From Cladosporium halotolerans (taxonomy: Eukaryota), in contig NW_027191478.1 of the NCBI RefSeq assembly GCF_011745625.1, forward strand, positions 248,001 through 312,000: 64,000 bases of DNA, read 5' to 3'. Positions 1 to 12,721 of the stretch are shown here, piece by piece. The notes beneath the pieces are model-generated. The model worked only from the letters and a program-made list of their open reading frames with translations. It had not been told where the DNA came from and made no database searches. The first letter of the stretch is position 1; every line of letters starts with the position of its first letter. The translations under genes were made by a program, and so were the position numbers.

Positions 1-443
1 GCGTCCGGCACGGCCGAGTTGAACGTCGCGGACTGGTACATCAGGCTCTCCCGGCTGGAGGCGCACTGGATGTTGCCGCCCAGCTTGTCGATCGCCTCGA
101 GCATCTCGTCCGCGCCGCGCGCGTTCGTCGACTTGAACGCCAGCCGGTCAATGATGTGCGAGACGCCGCGCAGGCTGGCGTTCTCGTACCGCGAGCCCGC
201 ATCGACGTACACGCCGATGCCGCTGAAGTGGCCCGGCAGGGCCTCCGTCGCGACGCGGATGCCGTTCGGGAGCGTTGTGATCTGGTCGAGGTCCGTGGGC
301 TCGATTTCGGAGGGGTGGCTGTTGGAGGTTGTTGCGTAGGATTTTCGTAATCGGCCGGCCGCGGCGCTGGTGGGTTTTGTGAGGGTGCGCGAGAGGCGCG
401 AGGGGAGGCTGAGCGCTTTGCTCATTGTGGGTGTGCGTAGCAT
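1..443 (-). CDS. MAS2: Mitochondrial processing peptidase alpha subunit (5' part; runs off the window)
   Basis: Manual minus-strand translation from ATG 443 gives MLRTPTMSKALSLPSRLSRTLTK... (R/S/L-rich presequence), then DQITTLPNGIRVATEALPGHFSGIGVYVDAGSRYE...GVSHIIDRLAFKST...LGGNIQCASSRESLMYQSATFNSAVP. This is an M16 peptidase with the non-catalytic HxxDR of the alpha subunit. Not in the ORF track because its stop codon lies outside the window. Confidence 0.93.
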   Translation of the reverse strand, partial: MLRTPTMSKALSLPSRLSRTLTKPTSAAAGRLRKSYATTSNSHPSEIEPTDLDQITTLPNGIRVATEALPGHFSGIGVYVDAGSRYENASLRGVSHIIDRLAFKSTNARGADEMLEAIDKLGGNIQCASSRESLMYQSATFNSAVPD

Positions 444-868
444 CTTTTGTGGGAGATGGGTGGTTGTGTGAGGTTGGTCAAGACGTCACGCTCTCACTTT
501 CCTAGATGCGAAGCGCTGGAAAGTCCGCGAGCATCCCCGAGGTGAGGCGCCGCCGGAATTGCGTCCGCTGTCGGACCCTGGTCTTGAGGCGATGCCGTCG
601 ATCTGCGAACATATAATTCTATGCGTACACGTAGATTATGGCGATATCAGATGCGAAGTCTGGCTGGAGAAGACCTCGTCATTTCAATCGAGTTCTTTAA
701 ATCGAGCGTCGAAAGATCGTACACATATGTAGACCACACTCTTTCGCAGTCCCTTCAGCCATGTATGATCGATCGAACATTTCCAATCCAATTCGAGCAT
801 GGCTATCTTCCGTGGAAACAAGACTGCCGCCATTGTTCGCACAACACGCATTCATCCTACCGTCCTCC

Positions 869-1579
869 TCAAGCTATCTCCATCGACCCATTAGCATACT
901 TTGTATGATCGTTCTCTGTCGTCATCTAGCCCACCAACACACGTTAGCAAAACCACCCTTCTCCCTCCCCCAAATCCCAAACCAAAACCAAAAAATACGT
1001 GCACTCACATGCCAAACATCAATCCTCAACCAAAACGTCCCCTCCTCCACCTCCTCCCCCCCATCAACATTACTCAGCACCCCCACAGCAACAACCTCAT
1101 TTAACCAATACAGCTCCCCAACCCCGACCTCAAAAAGCGCCCTCAGCTGCAACCCACCCCCCGGCTGCGCGGGCCCGCTCGTGCGAACAAAGATATCCGT
1201 CCCGTCGTCCGTCCTGAGATTATACCTTGTGTCGGCGCTGAAGACGCCCGTGCGCGGGTCCGTGAGGCCCCAGTCGGCGCCGAGGGGGAGGATGGTTCCT
1301 GGCATGGGGTTAGTAGGGTTAGGGTTGGGGCACCCGGGTTGATTGAGGGGGGTGTGCAGTACCGCTCAGGCGGGGCCCGGTGAAGTTGCCGCCTATGATG
1401 GGGATTGCGGTGCGGGTGCCGAGGGGGCCGGGGGAGCGGTAGAGGGCGTCGCGGCAGTGGACGTAGCTTGTGTAGAGGAAGGTGAGGGGTGGGGCGGGGG
1501 GTTCGGGGAGGGCGGTGGTGTTTTGGGCTGTGGGGAGGAGGGGGAAGGAGAGGAGGGGCAGTAGGGTGGAGAGGTGCAT
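869..1579 (-). CDS. Secreted DUF3237/UPF0311 family protein, 3 exons (introns 1299-1362, 926-1008)
   Basis: Signal-peptide-like MHLSTLLPLLSFPLLPTA; motifs GPLGTRTAIPIIGGNFTGPRLSG|TILPLGADWG and DTRYNLRTDDG; both introns are GT..CTAAC..AG and restore the frame, ending ...IDVWH|MTTENDHTKYANGSMEIA*. Confidence 0.85.
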
Positions 1580-1906
1580 GCTGTTGGACGTGGGTTGGGT
1601 TTGGGATTGATGGGATGTGAGTGTGGGTAGGAGAGTGCTGGGGATCTTTAGTGGAAGTTGATAGAGTGTGTTGGTTGAACAGTAGGCGGCGATATTACGG
1701 CGGCGATGAGACTTATGGAGCACGCCAACTGTCGTGCTGATCTGTTTGAAGCATATTGCTGGGTATATACCTCTATAGCCGACGGGCCGATGTTTTCATC
1801 TAACAACATGACCGGTAGTTGAAGTGCGAAACGTCTGCGGGGTGGGGGTGAACGATCAACCGGCAATTCAAGCGGCTTCGAAATGCGAACAACCTCGCTG
1901 TGCAGA

Positions 1907-4477
1907 TCATCGACCCTTCTGCAGTTGCGCGATCATACGGTCAATGTCCAGAGCAGAATTGCCTGTTGCCTTCGTTCTGAGGTCCTCCAACATATTACGA
2001 TCCTTCGCTTTGAGAGCTTCTTCGCCCGCCTTCGAGATCATCCCGCACTTGATCCACATCTCAGCCCTTTCAGGCATTGTAAGGCTTGTGCACTTTGGAA
2101 TGTAGAGTGAAGCGACCTTAGGATTGCCGGCACCTAAGCTCTCGTTGAAAAATGGCTGAAAGGTGTTAGCTTGCATCCTCGGACAGAAACAATAGGAATA
2201 AATCTCACCTCCCATCCAATCGGGCTCTTGCGCGTCTTGCTGAGCTCCTCCAACTCTCGCCAATCTCGTCTGACGATCAGCGCTCGTAGTCGAATCCACC
2301 AGAATGTTTTGTCAGACACCTTGAACTCTGTCTGAACCTTCTGCGAGCGCTTCATGTTACCCATCTTGATCAATTTACTGATAGTGTCGTTGACAGACAG
2401 GCCAACGAAGCGCTCGCCCAGGTCTTTCTCAAAGGCTTCCTGGAAGCGCAACAGCTTCTGCGCGTCTTCGAGAGCAGCGACCTGGGTCGCGTGGTCTTTG
2501 CTGTCACGCAACAACTTCGCTGCCATTTTGAGCTTGTCAGCCGCAGGCCCGACATCGCTGGCTGAGAGTGCTTCAGATAAGAGCAAGTTGGAGCCATCCA
2601 CCCTGCGGTCATCTTGATAGTAGAGATCCTTGAGCAATTCGCGGTCTTGGTCAATTGCAGATGATTCGACGATTGCGGTAGCAATAGGTCGGCTGTTGAT
2701 GGTCCTGAAAAAGCTTGCCAGAGGAACCTTGCGTTTGATCGAAAGTAGCACGTGGAAGACCAGATCCGTGTCACCGCTCTCAATGGCTTTGTCGAGAGCG
2801 ACAGAATCTTCTCCAATGCGCAACAGTAATGGTACCTGCTTACCGGCTCTCGGCTCGTGCTCTAGCAGATCTGTCGCAAGCTTCCCCCTTCCTTCGTCGT
2901 AGGCTGCATGCGCAACCTCCTCGAATGAGATGCCTAGCTTGCCGTTCAACTTCCGCACGATTTCTTCGCAGATCATGTCCTCGTTGGATGCTGATGTGCG
3001 CACCTTCTGGCGTGCCCAGTGCACATAGATCCGGTCGACCGGAAGATGAAGGTACTCGGATACCCTCAAGGCCAAGAGGTAATCCTGGCGATTTACTAGT
3101 CTCTGTACCAGTCTTTCAGGAGTCAGGCGAATGTACTGATCATATGACAGTGGAAGTCCGACTTCGAAGAACCGTACTGCGTTCAAGACTCGAAGAGACT
3201 CAGTCATGTCAACGAAGTCGTCGCTGTTGTAGAAGTCCAGGACGGACTTGCCGAATGATGCCGCTTTTAGTAGCTGCTTTTGCCAGTGGATACTGTATTC
3301 CTGCCCTGCTGCCCGTATACAGACATCTACAGCCTCGTCCAGATTTTGCCTGATCAGCTGAATGTTGTCGTCTGCTTTCGGCGTTTTCTTCTCAAGTTGA
3401 TCGACAGCATCCAACAGCACTGAGCCAGGCGAAGTCGAACCCAGCCGGAAGACCTCCTCGGATGCCTCGGGGACCTTCTGAACAAACTCGCAGACATCGT
3501 TGGTCAATACACGAAGGCCATCCACATCTGGGAGCAGATGTACAAAAGAGTTGTAGAAGTACTCTGTCGCCGCGCCATTCGGTCCTACCAGGTGGACCTC
3601 GTCTTCCCAAGCAAGAGCCACAGCATTGTTGCCGCACCATTGCAGGTCTCTTGGCGGGGTCTTGACTTTCGAGTTGTACTCGCTGAAACGCATCTGGAAG
3701 TCGCTACTGATGACCCAAACCTTGCCGTCATCGGTGTATAAGGCGATGAATTCCCCGTTCGGTGAGACACTGATGTGCCTGAAAGGTCCAGCTTCCAGTC
3801 CGCGGTCTTCGCACTCCACGGCGTCCGTCACGTAGATCGTCTTGTCGATCGCGAGTATCACCTCGACAGACCGAGAAGAGGTGTGTTCAGGTGGAATGAC
3901 AGCCCATGAAACCACCTCTCCTGACGGAGGTGCCGCAAGGACATGCGGCCGAGGCTCATCGTAATTTGTCACAATAACCACGGTGTTGTCTCCAAGAAGC
4001 GCTGCGAATCCGGTGGCCCAGAACTTGCACGCTTGCACACCATGCTCTTCCGATCCATGGCCCAAGCTGAACGGCGTGAAGTCGCCTTGCAGGTCTACAT
4101 AGCTCCTCACTGTCCCGTCTTCTGTGACCACAAGTAGCCTCTCATCTTCTGACCATCCTAAAGCCCTGATCGCGCCTTTCTCCCATGGTATTTGCCGGAT
4201 CAGCCTGCCAGCGCAACTGTATAGGTCGATGGAGGATTTGGCCGTCTGAGAGCCGCGGAATGAATAGATCTTGCTCGTATCTCGGTAGATAGCTGACCCT
4301 GTTAGCCGCGCTCACGAAGACGCAAGCATTGTGCCTACCTACAGCACCACTGTACGGAGCTCCAGTGACGACATAGTTCTCAATCTCCAAGTCAGGGTCG
4401 AAGACAGAGGTGTAGAGCTGCGTTTTGCGGTAGAAGCGGTCGCCAACCCGCTCCCAGTCTGCGGTTGGCTTGGACAT
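1907..4477 (-). CDS. VPS16: Vacuolar protein sorting protein 16 (HOPS/CORVET subunit), introns 4293-4338 and 2156-2208
   Basis: N-terminus MSKPTADWERVGDRFYRK; WQKQLLKAASFGKS; KAIESGDTDLV; KSPIGWE|PFFNE; the splice junctions join three ORF-track fragments. Confidence 0.95.
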
Positions 4478-4775
4478 CACCGCAGATCAGGTGGCCAGGC
4501 GCATAGCACTGTGGTTGTTTGTTGGTGGTGCTCAAGCGGAGCTGCGAGGCGCAAGTGCACCGCGGCTTGGGTTGAGCGGACAGTCTGGCCCGTGCGCATC
4601 CAGCACCAAAGCCATTGCGACGAAGGCGATGCATCTTCGTCAGAAACACCTCACAACAACATATGATGAGAATTGTTCAGACCTCAGTCAAGCGGCTCAG
4701 TATCTGCAGATTGATCCTAGGATGATAGCTATATAAGGAGGCTCAACATTGGCTTCGAGGGCCGCCATCGCTACC

Positions 4776-5783
4776 ATGCAGGAGACGATCCAGCAGCTGA
4801 ACGACCTGGAACTCGCCGTTTTGGCCTCTCTTGTCACCGAGGAACACTGCATATTCGCAACAGATGCTGAATCGACTGATGGGCTGAAGCATGAGCTACA
4901 CGCAATCTGTACTCACACCTTTGGACTTGGAACGACGACCATCACGTGCAATGCCGACACCAGCGTGGATGATCTCAACGAGGCACTGCTAGTTGAAAGC
5001 AGAGAGGAGCTTGACGATGAGCCCAGAACGTACGGTCAACCGTCGTCAGCCGTGCGAAACATCGGATTCTCTCGTCTTGGAAGGTCGCCAAGTCCATCAG
5101 CAATCAACGACATAGAACCCCGTCGGATTGCCAACGTTGTTATCGCCGCGGATCTGGACCTCACGGACACAAGCGTCCACATTCAGGTCCTGGAGCTGCT
5201 CAGAACAAGGCGGGTGTTCACGCGCACTGCAATGCACACCGCACCCAAGGACTTCTTATTCATCAGCATCATGTCTAGTCCTGGGGAGAGATTGACACAT
5301 CATCTGAATGACATGTTCTGCATGTCACACTTCCACCTATCAGAAGACGGCCTTGCTTATGCAGATGGGCTGCTTGAGAAAGATGTTGCGCCGTCGTTGC
5401 CTGACGTAGATATCAGGACTCTGCGCGAGCAAGCACAGAAGGTCCGCATGACTGGAGAGGTCGCTTCATATCTTCACAACATTGTGCTTTTCATGCGCAA
5501 CAGCCGCTATATCACAGGTGGCGTGACAGCCACGGCTACCAAGCAGCTGAGGTCATTATCGAGCGCGCTGGCACCGCTTCACGGGCTTGATTATGTCCCG
5601 CCTTCGCTGGTCGTGTTGGCCACACGCAAGATCTATCCTCATCGACTCATCTTAGCGACATCTGACACAGAAAAGAGCCTGCAGTGGGGCAGTGATCCGC
5701 GGGCAGTCGGGCGAGTATTGGAGAATATCACTGTGGAGGGCGTGATAGAGGATGTACTTGCCAGCTTCGAATCGCCTCTGTGA
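4776..5783 (+). CDS. Fungal MTC2-like / magnesium chelatase ChlI-MoxR AAA-lid domain protein
   Basis: LNDLELAVLASLVTEEHC, IANVVIAADLD..VHIQVLELLRTRRVF and the lid-like EVASYLHNIVLFMR...YVPPSLVVLATRKIYPHRL. First ATG is at 4776 (the ORF track starts at an upstream TTG). Confidence 0.7.
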   Translation: MQETIQQLNDLELAVLASLVTEEHCIFATDAESTDGLKHELHAICTHTFGLGTTTITCNADTSVDDLNEALLVESREELDDEPRTYGQPSSAVRNIGFSRLGRSPSPSAINDIEPRRIANVVIAADLDLTDTSVHIQVLELLRTRRVFTRTAMHTAPKDFLFISIMSSPGERLTHHLNDMFCMSHFHLSEDGLAYADGLLEKDVAPSLPDVDIRTLREQAQKVRMTGEVASYLHNIVLFMRNSRYITGGVTATATKQLRSLSSALAPLHGLDYVPPSLVVLATRKIYPHRLILATSDTEKSLQWGSDPRAVGRVLENITVEGVIEDVLASFESPL

Positions 5784-6051
5784 AAGCCCACGAAGTCTAA
5801 AGGCGGTATGTTTGCTCCACAGAGTGTGCTGGCGAAACATGTGGTGTGCTATTTAGAGGTTGCCGACGCGCCCCGCGCCAAGCCAAACAATAGCCGCCGA
5901 CCTACACTCACCGACACGTTATCTTCACTCGCATAACACTGCAGAGTAGAATAGATCGGACACAGTGACACTGTTACGCGCAGGTTCCGAGCATTTGTCG
6001 TGCAGAGCTTGAGGCCGCTGAAGCACAGCGTCGTGGACTGCGGCAACAACA

Positions 6052-7276
6052 ATGCCCCGCCACCATTCGCGAACACCGACATTTCCTCTCTACCATTCCA
6101 CGCGTAAGAAGCCGAGAAGATGGCCGCTGGTGCTACGATTCATCAAGGGTGCCATTCACATGGACATCGCTGTCCCGGTCGTCTTGCACGCACTGTGGTC
6201 AGCGCTCATTGCGTACATTGACCGCGTCCGTGATGAACACATCGGTCTACCAGGCAGCATTATTCCGAGCCTATCAATTGTTGTTGGCCTGATGCTCGTC
6301 TTCCGGAACCAAACGAGCTACGACCGATTTTGGCAGGTACGCTGACAGCCTGTGCCCGATAATGATACTCAGAACTGACCGCAGCTGCAGGGAAATCAAC
6401 ACATGACAACAATAGAGACGTCTATACGTAACCTCACCCGTTCGTTCCTCACCTGCTCACATGTGAACGGTCAGCATCCCTCTGTGGAAGAGCGGGCGGA
6501 CACCGAGCAAACGGTGAGGATTCTACTTGCTTTGATTTATGCGGCAAAGAATCACTTGCGAGCCGAATGGAACACCACGCCCTTTGTCCTGCTGCCAAAT
6601 ACTGCAGAACAAGAACGCCGACGACGCGAAAGCACATCCATTCACAAACCAGAATACGAAGATCTTTTGCCGTCACAAATGAGAGGCTTCGAAGATCATG
6701 GTCTAGGCCTACTTCTGCAACTTAGCTTGAGGGTTGAGGCCTACATCAAGCGCGGACACGATCGAGGCTGGTTTCATCCACCTCAAGCTAGCCAACTGAC
6801 CGTGCAACTGAATCAGCTGGTGTCCTCTTACGGCAGCATGGAGACGATTCATTTGACGCCACTACCGGTAGCTTACCTCATCCACATGCGGCAGGTCTTA
6901 GCACTATTCGGTGGCGTCCTACCATTTGCGCTTGTGGAGGAAATGGGATGGTGGACAATTCTCATGACTAGCCTAGTGATGTTCACTCTCTACGGTAGGC
7001 CAGCGACAATGACTCGATCGCGTGCCTCTGCTGACTACTTTTAGGAATTGACGCGATCGGAGCACAAGTAAGCAAAACGTCCTTGGGGCTTCAAGCCCTA
7101 AAAGTCTCCCCATACTCCGTGGAAGCACGTACTGACCGACCGTTCTCCAGCTTGAAGATCCGTTTGGTTACGACAAGGCAGACATCAAAGTTGATGCGAT
7201 CGTTGAGGACCTCCGCGTCGAGACCGGTGTCCTGTTGTCTGAGTGGCGGAGAGGCTCGGAAATGTTTTCTAAATAA
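6052..7276 (+). CDS. Bestrophin-like / UPF0187 (YneE-type) anion channel, 4 exons (introns 6337-6390, 6995-7044, 7068-7150)
   Basis: LSIVVGLMLVFRNQTSYDRFW, METIHLTPLPVAY, and the spliced LYG|IDAIGAQ|LEDPFGYD motif, which requires a 23-nt exon at 7045-7067. Confidence 0.9.
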
Positions 7277-8681
7277 CCTCCTTGAACTAGGGTGTCCCGG
7301 GCGCATGGCGTCCTTCCCAAAGGCACAGCAAAATTGGCACGCGCCTCAGTTTGACCGGCACCAACATCGTTGAACTGCAGGAAACTTGCGCATGACGAGC
7401 ACCACGCAAACGCCAGCATTTCATCAGTCAAGCTAGTCTCGGTGGGTCGGCTTCCATTAGGCTGTCGAGCCGGTATGCGCTAGCGCTGCAAGTCGCGAAG
7501 ATCTCACATGCCGCGAATTCTACCGAAACGCAAGCAGCGACTTCAACACCGGATCTGGCAGTGGGTCCGCGTGATGTCTCGCACGGACTGAGACTTCACT
7601 GCACGGTATCCTGTCGTGCCAGCATCGGCCCTTGCTGCTAACATTCTGCATGATTTGGATCAGAGACACAAGCCAGGGTACTCCATTCAGCCTCTCTGAC
7701 GCCAACTTGGCAGAAGAGGACCTCGCTGTATCGCCATAATGAAGATACGACTAATAAGCTTTCGACCGTTACTGGACTCTGCCATCTTCAAAATACAAAT
7801 TCACAGAATAGATCCCGTGTCGGGTCAGCCTTATGCCCCATTGGCTGAATGCGGCGTCTCCGTTGAAACGTAATCTGCGTTTCGAAGTTGAACTCAAAGG
7901 TCGCTCGTTCATCGTACACGATTGATGTCATGCAGGCTTGCACCGCCTCCAGGCTGTTGCTTCGAGCGGCCCGATGGTCTGCATATCTTGTATACTCGGG
8001 TAAGTCTTCTGATGGGCGCATCTACTAGGCGGCATCCGACTCCTCAACCGTTCTGGCTCTTCATGAAATCGGCAACGCTGTAGATCACATAAAAACGGTG
8101 GTCTGCTGGCCCAAGTGGTTGTGCAAGGACTCGAGCGTTCCCAACGAGTGTTCCCGCTCGCTTAGTTAAAGATCAGGGGCGGGTTTCTCAGCCGGCGGGG
8201 ACCAGACAAAACTTAGCACGACGTCGGCAGTGATCTTAGCCCCCAAAGCTCCCCCGCTACAGAGACCCATACTAGTGTGTTGAAACTCCATTGCCGGGAG
8301 GCTTGTGAGCAGCGCGAGAGCAGCCGCTACCCTGCAATCGGCAGGAGAGCGGAGCAACCAGTCCCACTGTAGAAGGACTTGCCAGACTTGCTCTGGCCTT
8401 GCCGTTCTGCATCGATCCAGGATGCTATCTAGCCGTTCGGATCGTCAGCCCCGGCGTTTGGAAGACCCGTAGGCTCGCGGGTAGCGGCCATGGCGTTCTG
8501 CACAAGGTCGCTTGGTAACAGTCCAAGCATTTGAAGCCCATGTTCCTCTTTGTGGAGTGAAGGCTTGTAAACCTTCTACCCTCGCTCTTTAGCCAAACCT
8601 TTCGTTTGTTCTTCTACAGTACACGACTGTTGTTGCGGGCGGCGACTACGTCGATCTTGGGAACGCGACTGTCTCGTCAAG

Positions 8682-10027
8682 ATGCCGGGCAACATCATCA
8701 ACCTGACGCCTGCAGATGTGCTATCATGGCCAAAGCCCAACTACGAAAACCCGGATCGACGAACATGGTTGCCTGCGTTCTCATGTAGTATGTTCGCAGC
8801 AGCTACTGTCCTCCTCGGCCTGCGATTTTGGCTCCGAATTCGAGGACACGCTGGTAAACTCGGTTTAGACGATGTGAGCATCACTTTTTCGTATGATCGT
8901 ACTCAGGACGAACCAACTGACGATGACTAGGCATTTCTACTTCCAGGTTTCCTCGCTTCCATCGTTTTCACCGCGATAACGGTCGTGTATGTCCATTGGG
9001 CCCAAGGGGACCGTCACATCTGGGACATTGCACCAAACAAGCGTGAACCCCTGGCACTCTGTCTTTGGATCGCTGAGTTCACGTTCCTGGTTTGCGGCGG
9101 ATGCACTAAGGTCTCCGTCCTCCTCTTTTACCGTCGACTGGTCGACGGCACGTATTCAAGACGATGGAAATGGCTGGTCCTGTTCGCCATCGGCTTCACT
9201 ATGGCGTACACGGTCGCCTTCTGCATCATGCTTCTCATCAACTGCACACCTACCGAAGCTTACTGGAGGGCGTTCGATACTGAGTATGCTATGACCCAGT
9301 CATACACTTGCTTGGACACAAAAATCATCAACACTCTGGCTGGCGTCTTCGCTGCGGCAAGTGACCTCTACGCCGTCGCTCTGCCTTGCATCATCACATG
9401 GCACTTCTCGGTCCCGAGGGCACAAAAGGTTGCGCTCAACATCATCTTCTCTCTTGGTCTCTTGGTCGTTGCTGCTAGTGGTGTGCGCACGTACTATTTG
9501 ATGAGTAAGTCAAGACCGCCGTTGCTGCTCTTTCCTCCCGGATGCTAATTGAGCTCATAGTCACTGGTCACTCATCCGACGTGAGCTGGAACATCTTCGA
9601 CCTTTTCGTTTGGGCACAGCTCGAGCTGCAGCTCGGTATCATGTGCGCCGCGGCTCCTTCGCTACGCGTTTTCTTCCGACGTTACCTCGGCGGAAGCTTC
9701 GCATCCCGCGCCTACAAGTCCACACGAGGCGAGACTCCAGCACCGGGGAACTCCACATTCGGAACAGAAAGCGTCTCTAAACCCGATAAGTCTATTACCG
9801 TCGTTCGATCGACATCCGTGACATTCAACGAAGACCAAGGCGCCAACAAGCCGCACTTTGAATCATCCCTGGACACCGTAGGCGAGTCGGAAATTGAGCA
9901 GCGCAACAATTGGTCACCCACACCGAGCAAGGAGTGCTTGACCCGTTACTCGCACGAAGATGACATTCCAATGAATGACATGAGCTGGAAGCACCCCGAT
10001 CAGAGCCGCCAGAGCCGGTGGGTTTGA
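8682..10027 (+). CDS. PTH11-like integral membrane protein (fungal rhodopsin domain, no CFEM); introns 8874-8930, 9505-9560
   Basis: SWPKPNYENP, LRFWLR...LGLDD, RHIWD, KVSVLLFYRRL, SDLYAVALP, ELQLGIMCAAAPSLR; about seven hydrophobic segments and a hydrophilic tail. Confidence 0.9.
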
Positions 10028-11726
10028 TCATCTTCTCGCAATCAGTCAGAGCCTAGGGCACGGAGCAACAGCTTAAAAGGACTCATGTCTACCAGCATCA
10101 CGCATTTCGGTTTCAGTCACGTCGTTACAGGGCATTGGGAGGCGTTCACGGATTTTATGTTTCGCACACAGTCGTGCTTGTAATTATTATTGATACCACC
10201 AGCCACGGCATACATCGCTAGAGAAGGCACACGCAATCGACCATCAGATCAGTCATGACCACCACAACAACCCCTTGCAGGTGCAGCGCACCATTGAGCA
10301 GGGATCATAGCGGCCGGCGCCGTTCTTCACGCCCTGTAACGAAGCGAGATCGCCCACCAAGGACGGGGCTGACGACTTCGCGTAGTGCAATTGCCGACCC
10401 ACAGCGAACTCAAGACGGGCATGGACCGGACCAGCAGGTGAGGTCCCAACGCTGATCGGCGCAGGGCCGTTCGCAGTCGAGGCCTTGTCTGATTCCATTT
10501 GTGAGGAAGGGACGGCTACATGAAAGACGTGAAATTCATCGACTGCAGTGATATATACTTTCCACATTACCTAATCGCCTGTCAAAATTCCTTCTCTCTT
10601 CGTCAATGCAGCCCATCCAGCCACATCCTGCGCAAACGGTTCGTCTCGCACGCGCCAAGCGTTCCTGACCACGGCTGCACGCACGCGAGTAGAATCTTGA
10701 CTCGCACGGATCCCAGCCCGCACGCTGAAGACACCAAAACCGTCGACAAACCCTTGTTCCGCAGCCACCACCTCGCGTGGAAGCCTAGCGAGCTCTCCCC
10801 ACGAGACATTGCGACGTCCGTCAGGGCTAGGGCTGCCAGGATCATCTGGGCTGCCCGTGACACCTAGGGCTCTCCTGTCGCCGCGTCCGCTACGTCGGAG
10901 TTGCTGCCAGTCCGGGGTCTTGCACTAACGCCTATAGTCAGCCTTTGACGAGGTTTCCTTTGAGATCCTTGCGTCTTGTCGAGAACTGGCTGCGTCTCCT
11001 TTCGAGGTTGCATTCGACGCGCTCAGACGTTCGAATGCCCCCGAGGCAATAGGCAAGTCGCGATCGGCCGCTATTGAATCGCATCGCGTGGGCGACCGGA
11101 CGTGGCTCTTGCGCGTCTCCATGTGCCGGCGCCCGATCATGCTGGAGGACCGGGTATGTACCTTGCAACTTGCAAGGTGCAACTGATGAATGATGGTCGC
11201 GCGCCGAAGGATCGCGGCTAGGAGGCGCCGAGTCATTTTAGCCGCCTCTTGATTGATGTCTTGGTTCTTGCAAGGGTTTACCATGCGAGCGTGATTAAGG
11301 TCTCTTTCAAGGGTGCGCTCAACGACGTGGGTCTGAGATTCTCCAAGCGACCCTGTAGCTGGGACGCCTAAGTTGACTTCCCTGTCGTCAGTACTGTCAC
11401 ATGATCGGTCGACGTGCTCTTCATGGTCTTTCACGTGCAAGTGACGAGGGACTGCTCGGCTGGAGACGGGCCAGAAATTCAGATGAAGACGACCATCGTC
11501 GCATCTGGAGCATTCGTCACTCCCAGACAAATAGACATATGTCGACTCGATTCTTTGAAACGTGCATTCGAATTTCATGCGATTCTTCAACGCTCTTCGG
11601 CCCAGGATGAGCCAGGCGTAAAACATTCAAACGAATTCGACGATGCCCCAGTAATATCATACGTAGTTGCAAGCGCGTCGAAGTCGGCTCATATACATCA
11701 TATACAAGTAGTCTGAATACAAGACC

Positions 11727-12721
11727 TCACAGCTTCAGCTCACCTTCCGGAACATCAGCATGTACATAGTTCGCGACCAACGCCGTCACTGACGTCTCTC
11801 CCTCCATCACCGTCCACCCATCCCACCCAGGACCAGCCCTCCTCGCATTATTCATCACATCCCCAAACTGCGGCGCCCACTTGAAATGCCTCTGCCCATC
11901 CTTTCCCCCGATAACCCCTCCCTCCTCCTCTCCACCCCCGCTCTCCTGCCTCCTCAGCCTCGCCTCCTCCGTCGCCGCATCGTCCACCGCCCCCTTCGGC
12001 AGCTCCTGGAAACAACACCCCTCGCCCCACGTGTTCTGCAGCATCTTCGTCCAGCGGACCTTATTCTGCAGCACGCCCTTCTTCACCGGCACGTTGACAC
12101 TGTACAGGCGCGAGTGGCCCCACGCCGCCTTCGCCGCCAGCCACTCGACGACGCGCACGCTCTGCGCGCACGCCTCCGCCACCATCTCGGGCACATTGCT
12201 GCGGTCGAAGAAGGCGAAGCTCAGCGCCACCGCCCGCCGCCCCAGCTGCGCCGCCTCGAGCGCCGCGCCCAGCGTCCCGGACGAGAGCGCGAACAGCGCG
12301 CCCGTGTTGCGCCCGTAATTCGGCCCCGAGACGACCAGGTCGACCTCGCCGCGGTCCTTGAAAAAGTGCCCGAGCCCGATCTGCGAGCAGCTGGCGGGCG
12401 TCGAGTTGACGAGGATCCAGGGCGCGCGGCCCTCGTCGGGCGCGGAGAAGCCGTCGACGTGGGATTCCGGGTTGCTGGCGGGCGGGTGGTAGGGGGTCGC
12501 CTGGACGTCTTGGCCGACGATGTGCGCTTTGCCGATCCAGGAGCGCTGCGTGTTGGGGATGATGACGGAGACGGTGTGGCCGGACTTCTCGAGGGCTTTG
12601 ACGAAGGGGAGGATGTAGGGGGAGGCTTGGGCGGAGGGGGGGCCGTCGTCGTTGGTTACCTGGAGATGGTTAGAACGGGTGTGAGGACTTGGTGGGCTGA
12701 ATGGCTCACGAGGATGTGCAT
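11727..12721 (-). CDS. SurE-like 5'/3'-nucleotidase/phosphatase (Pby1 N-terminal type); 12-nt first exon, intron 12660-12709
   Basis: Spliced start MHIL|VTNDDGPPS; QRSWIGKAH; DLVVSGPNYGRN; SSGTLGAALEA; YSVNVP. Confidence 0.9.

Noticed and set aside
1306..1330. Telomere-like GGGTTAGTAGGGTTAGGGTT
   Set aside because: Lies inside the DUF3237 intron and overlaps its CTAAC branch point within a G/T-skewed patch; too short for a telomeric tract.
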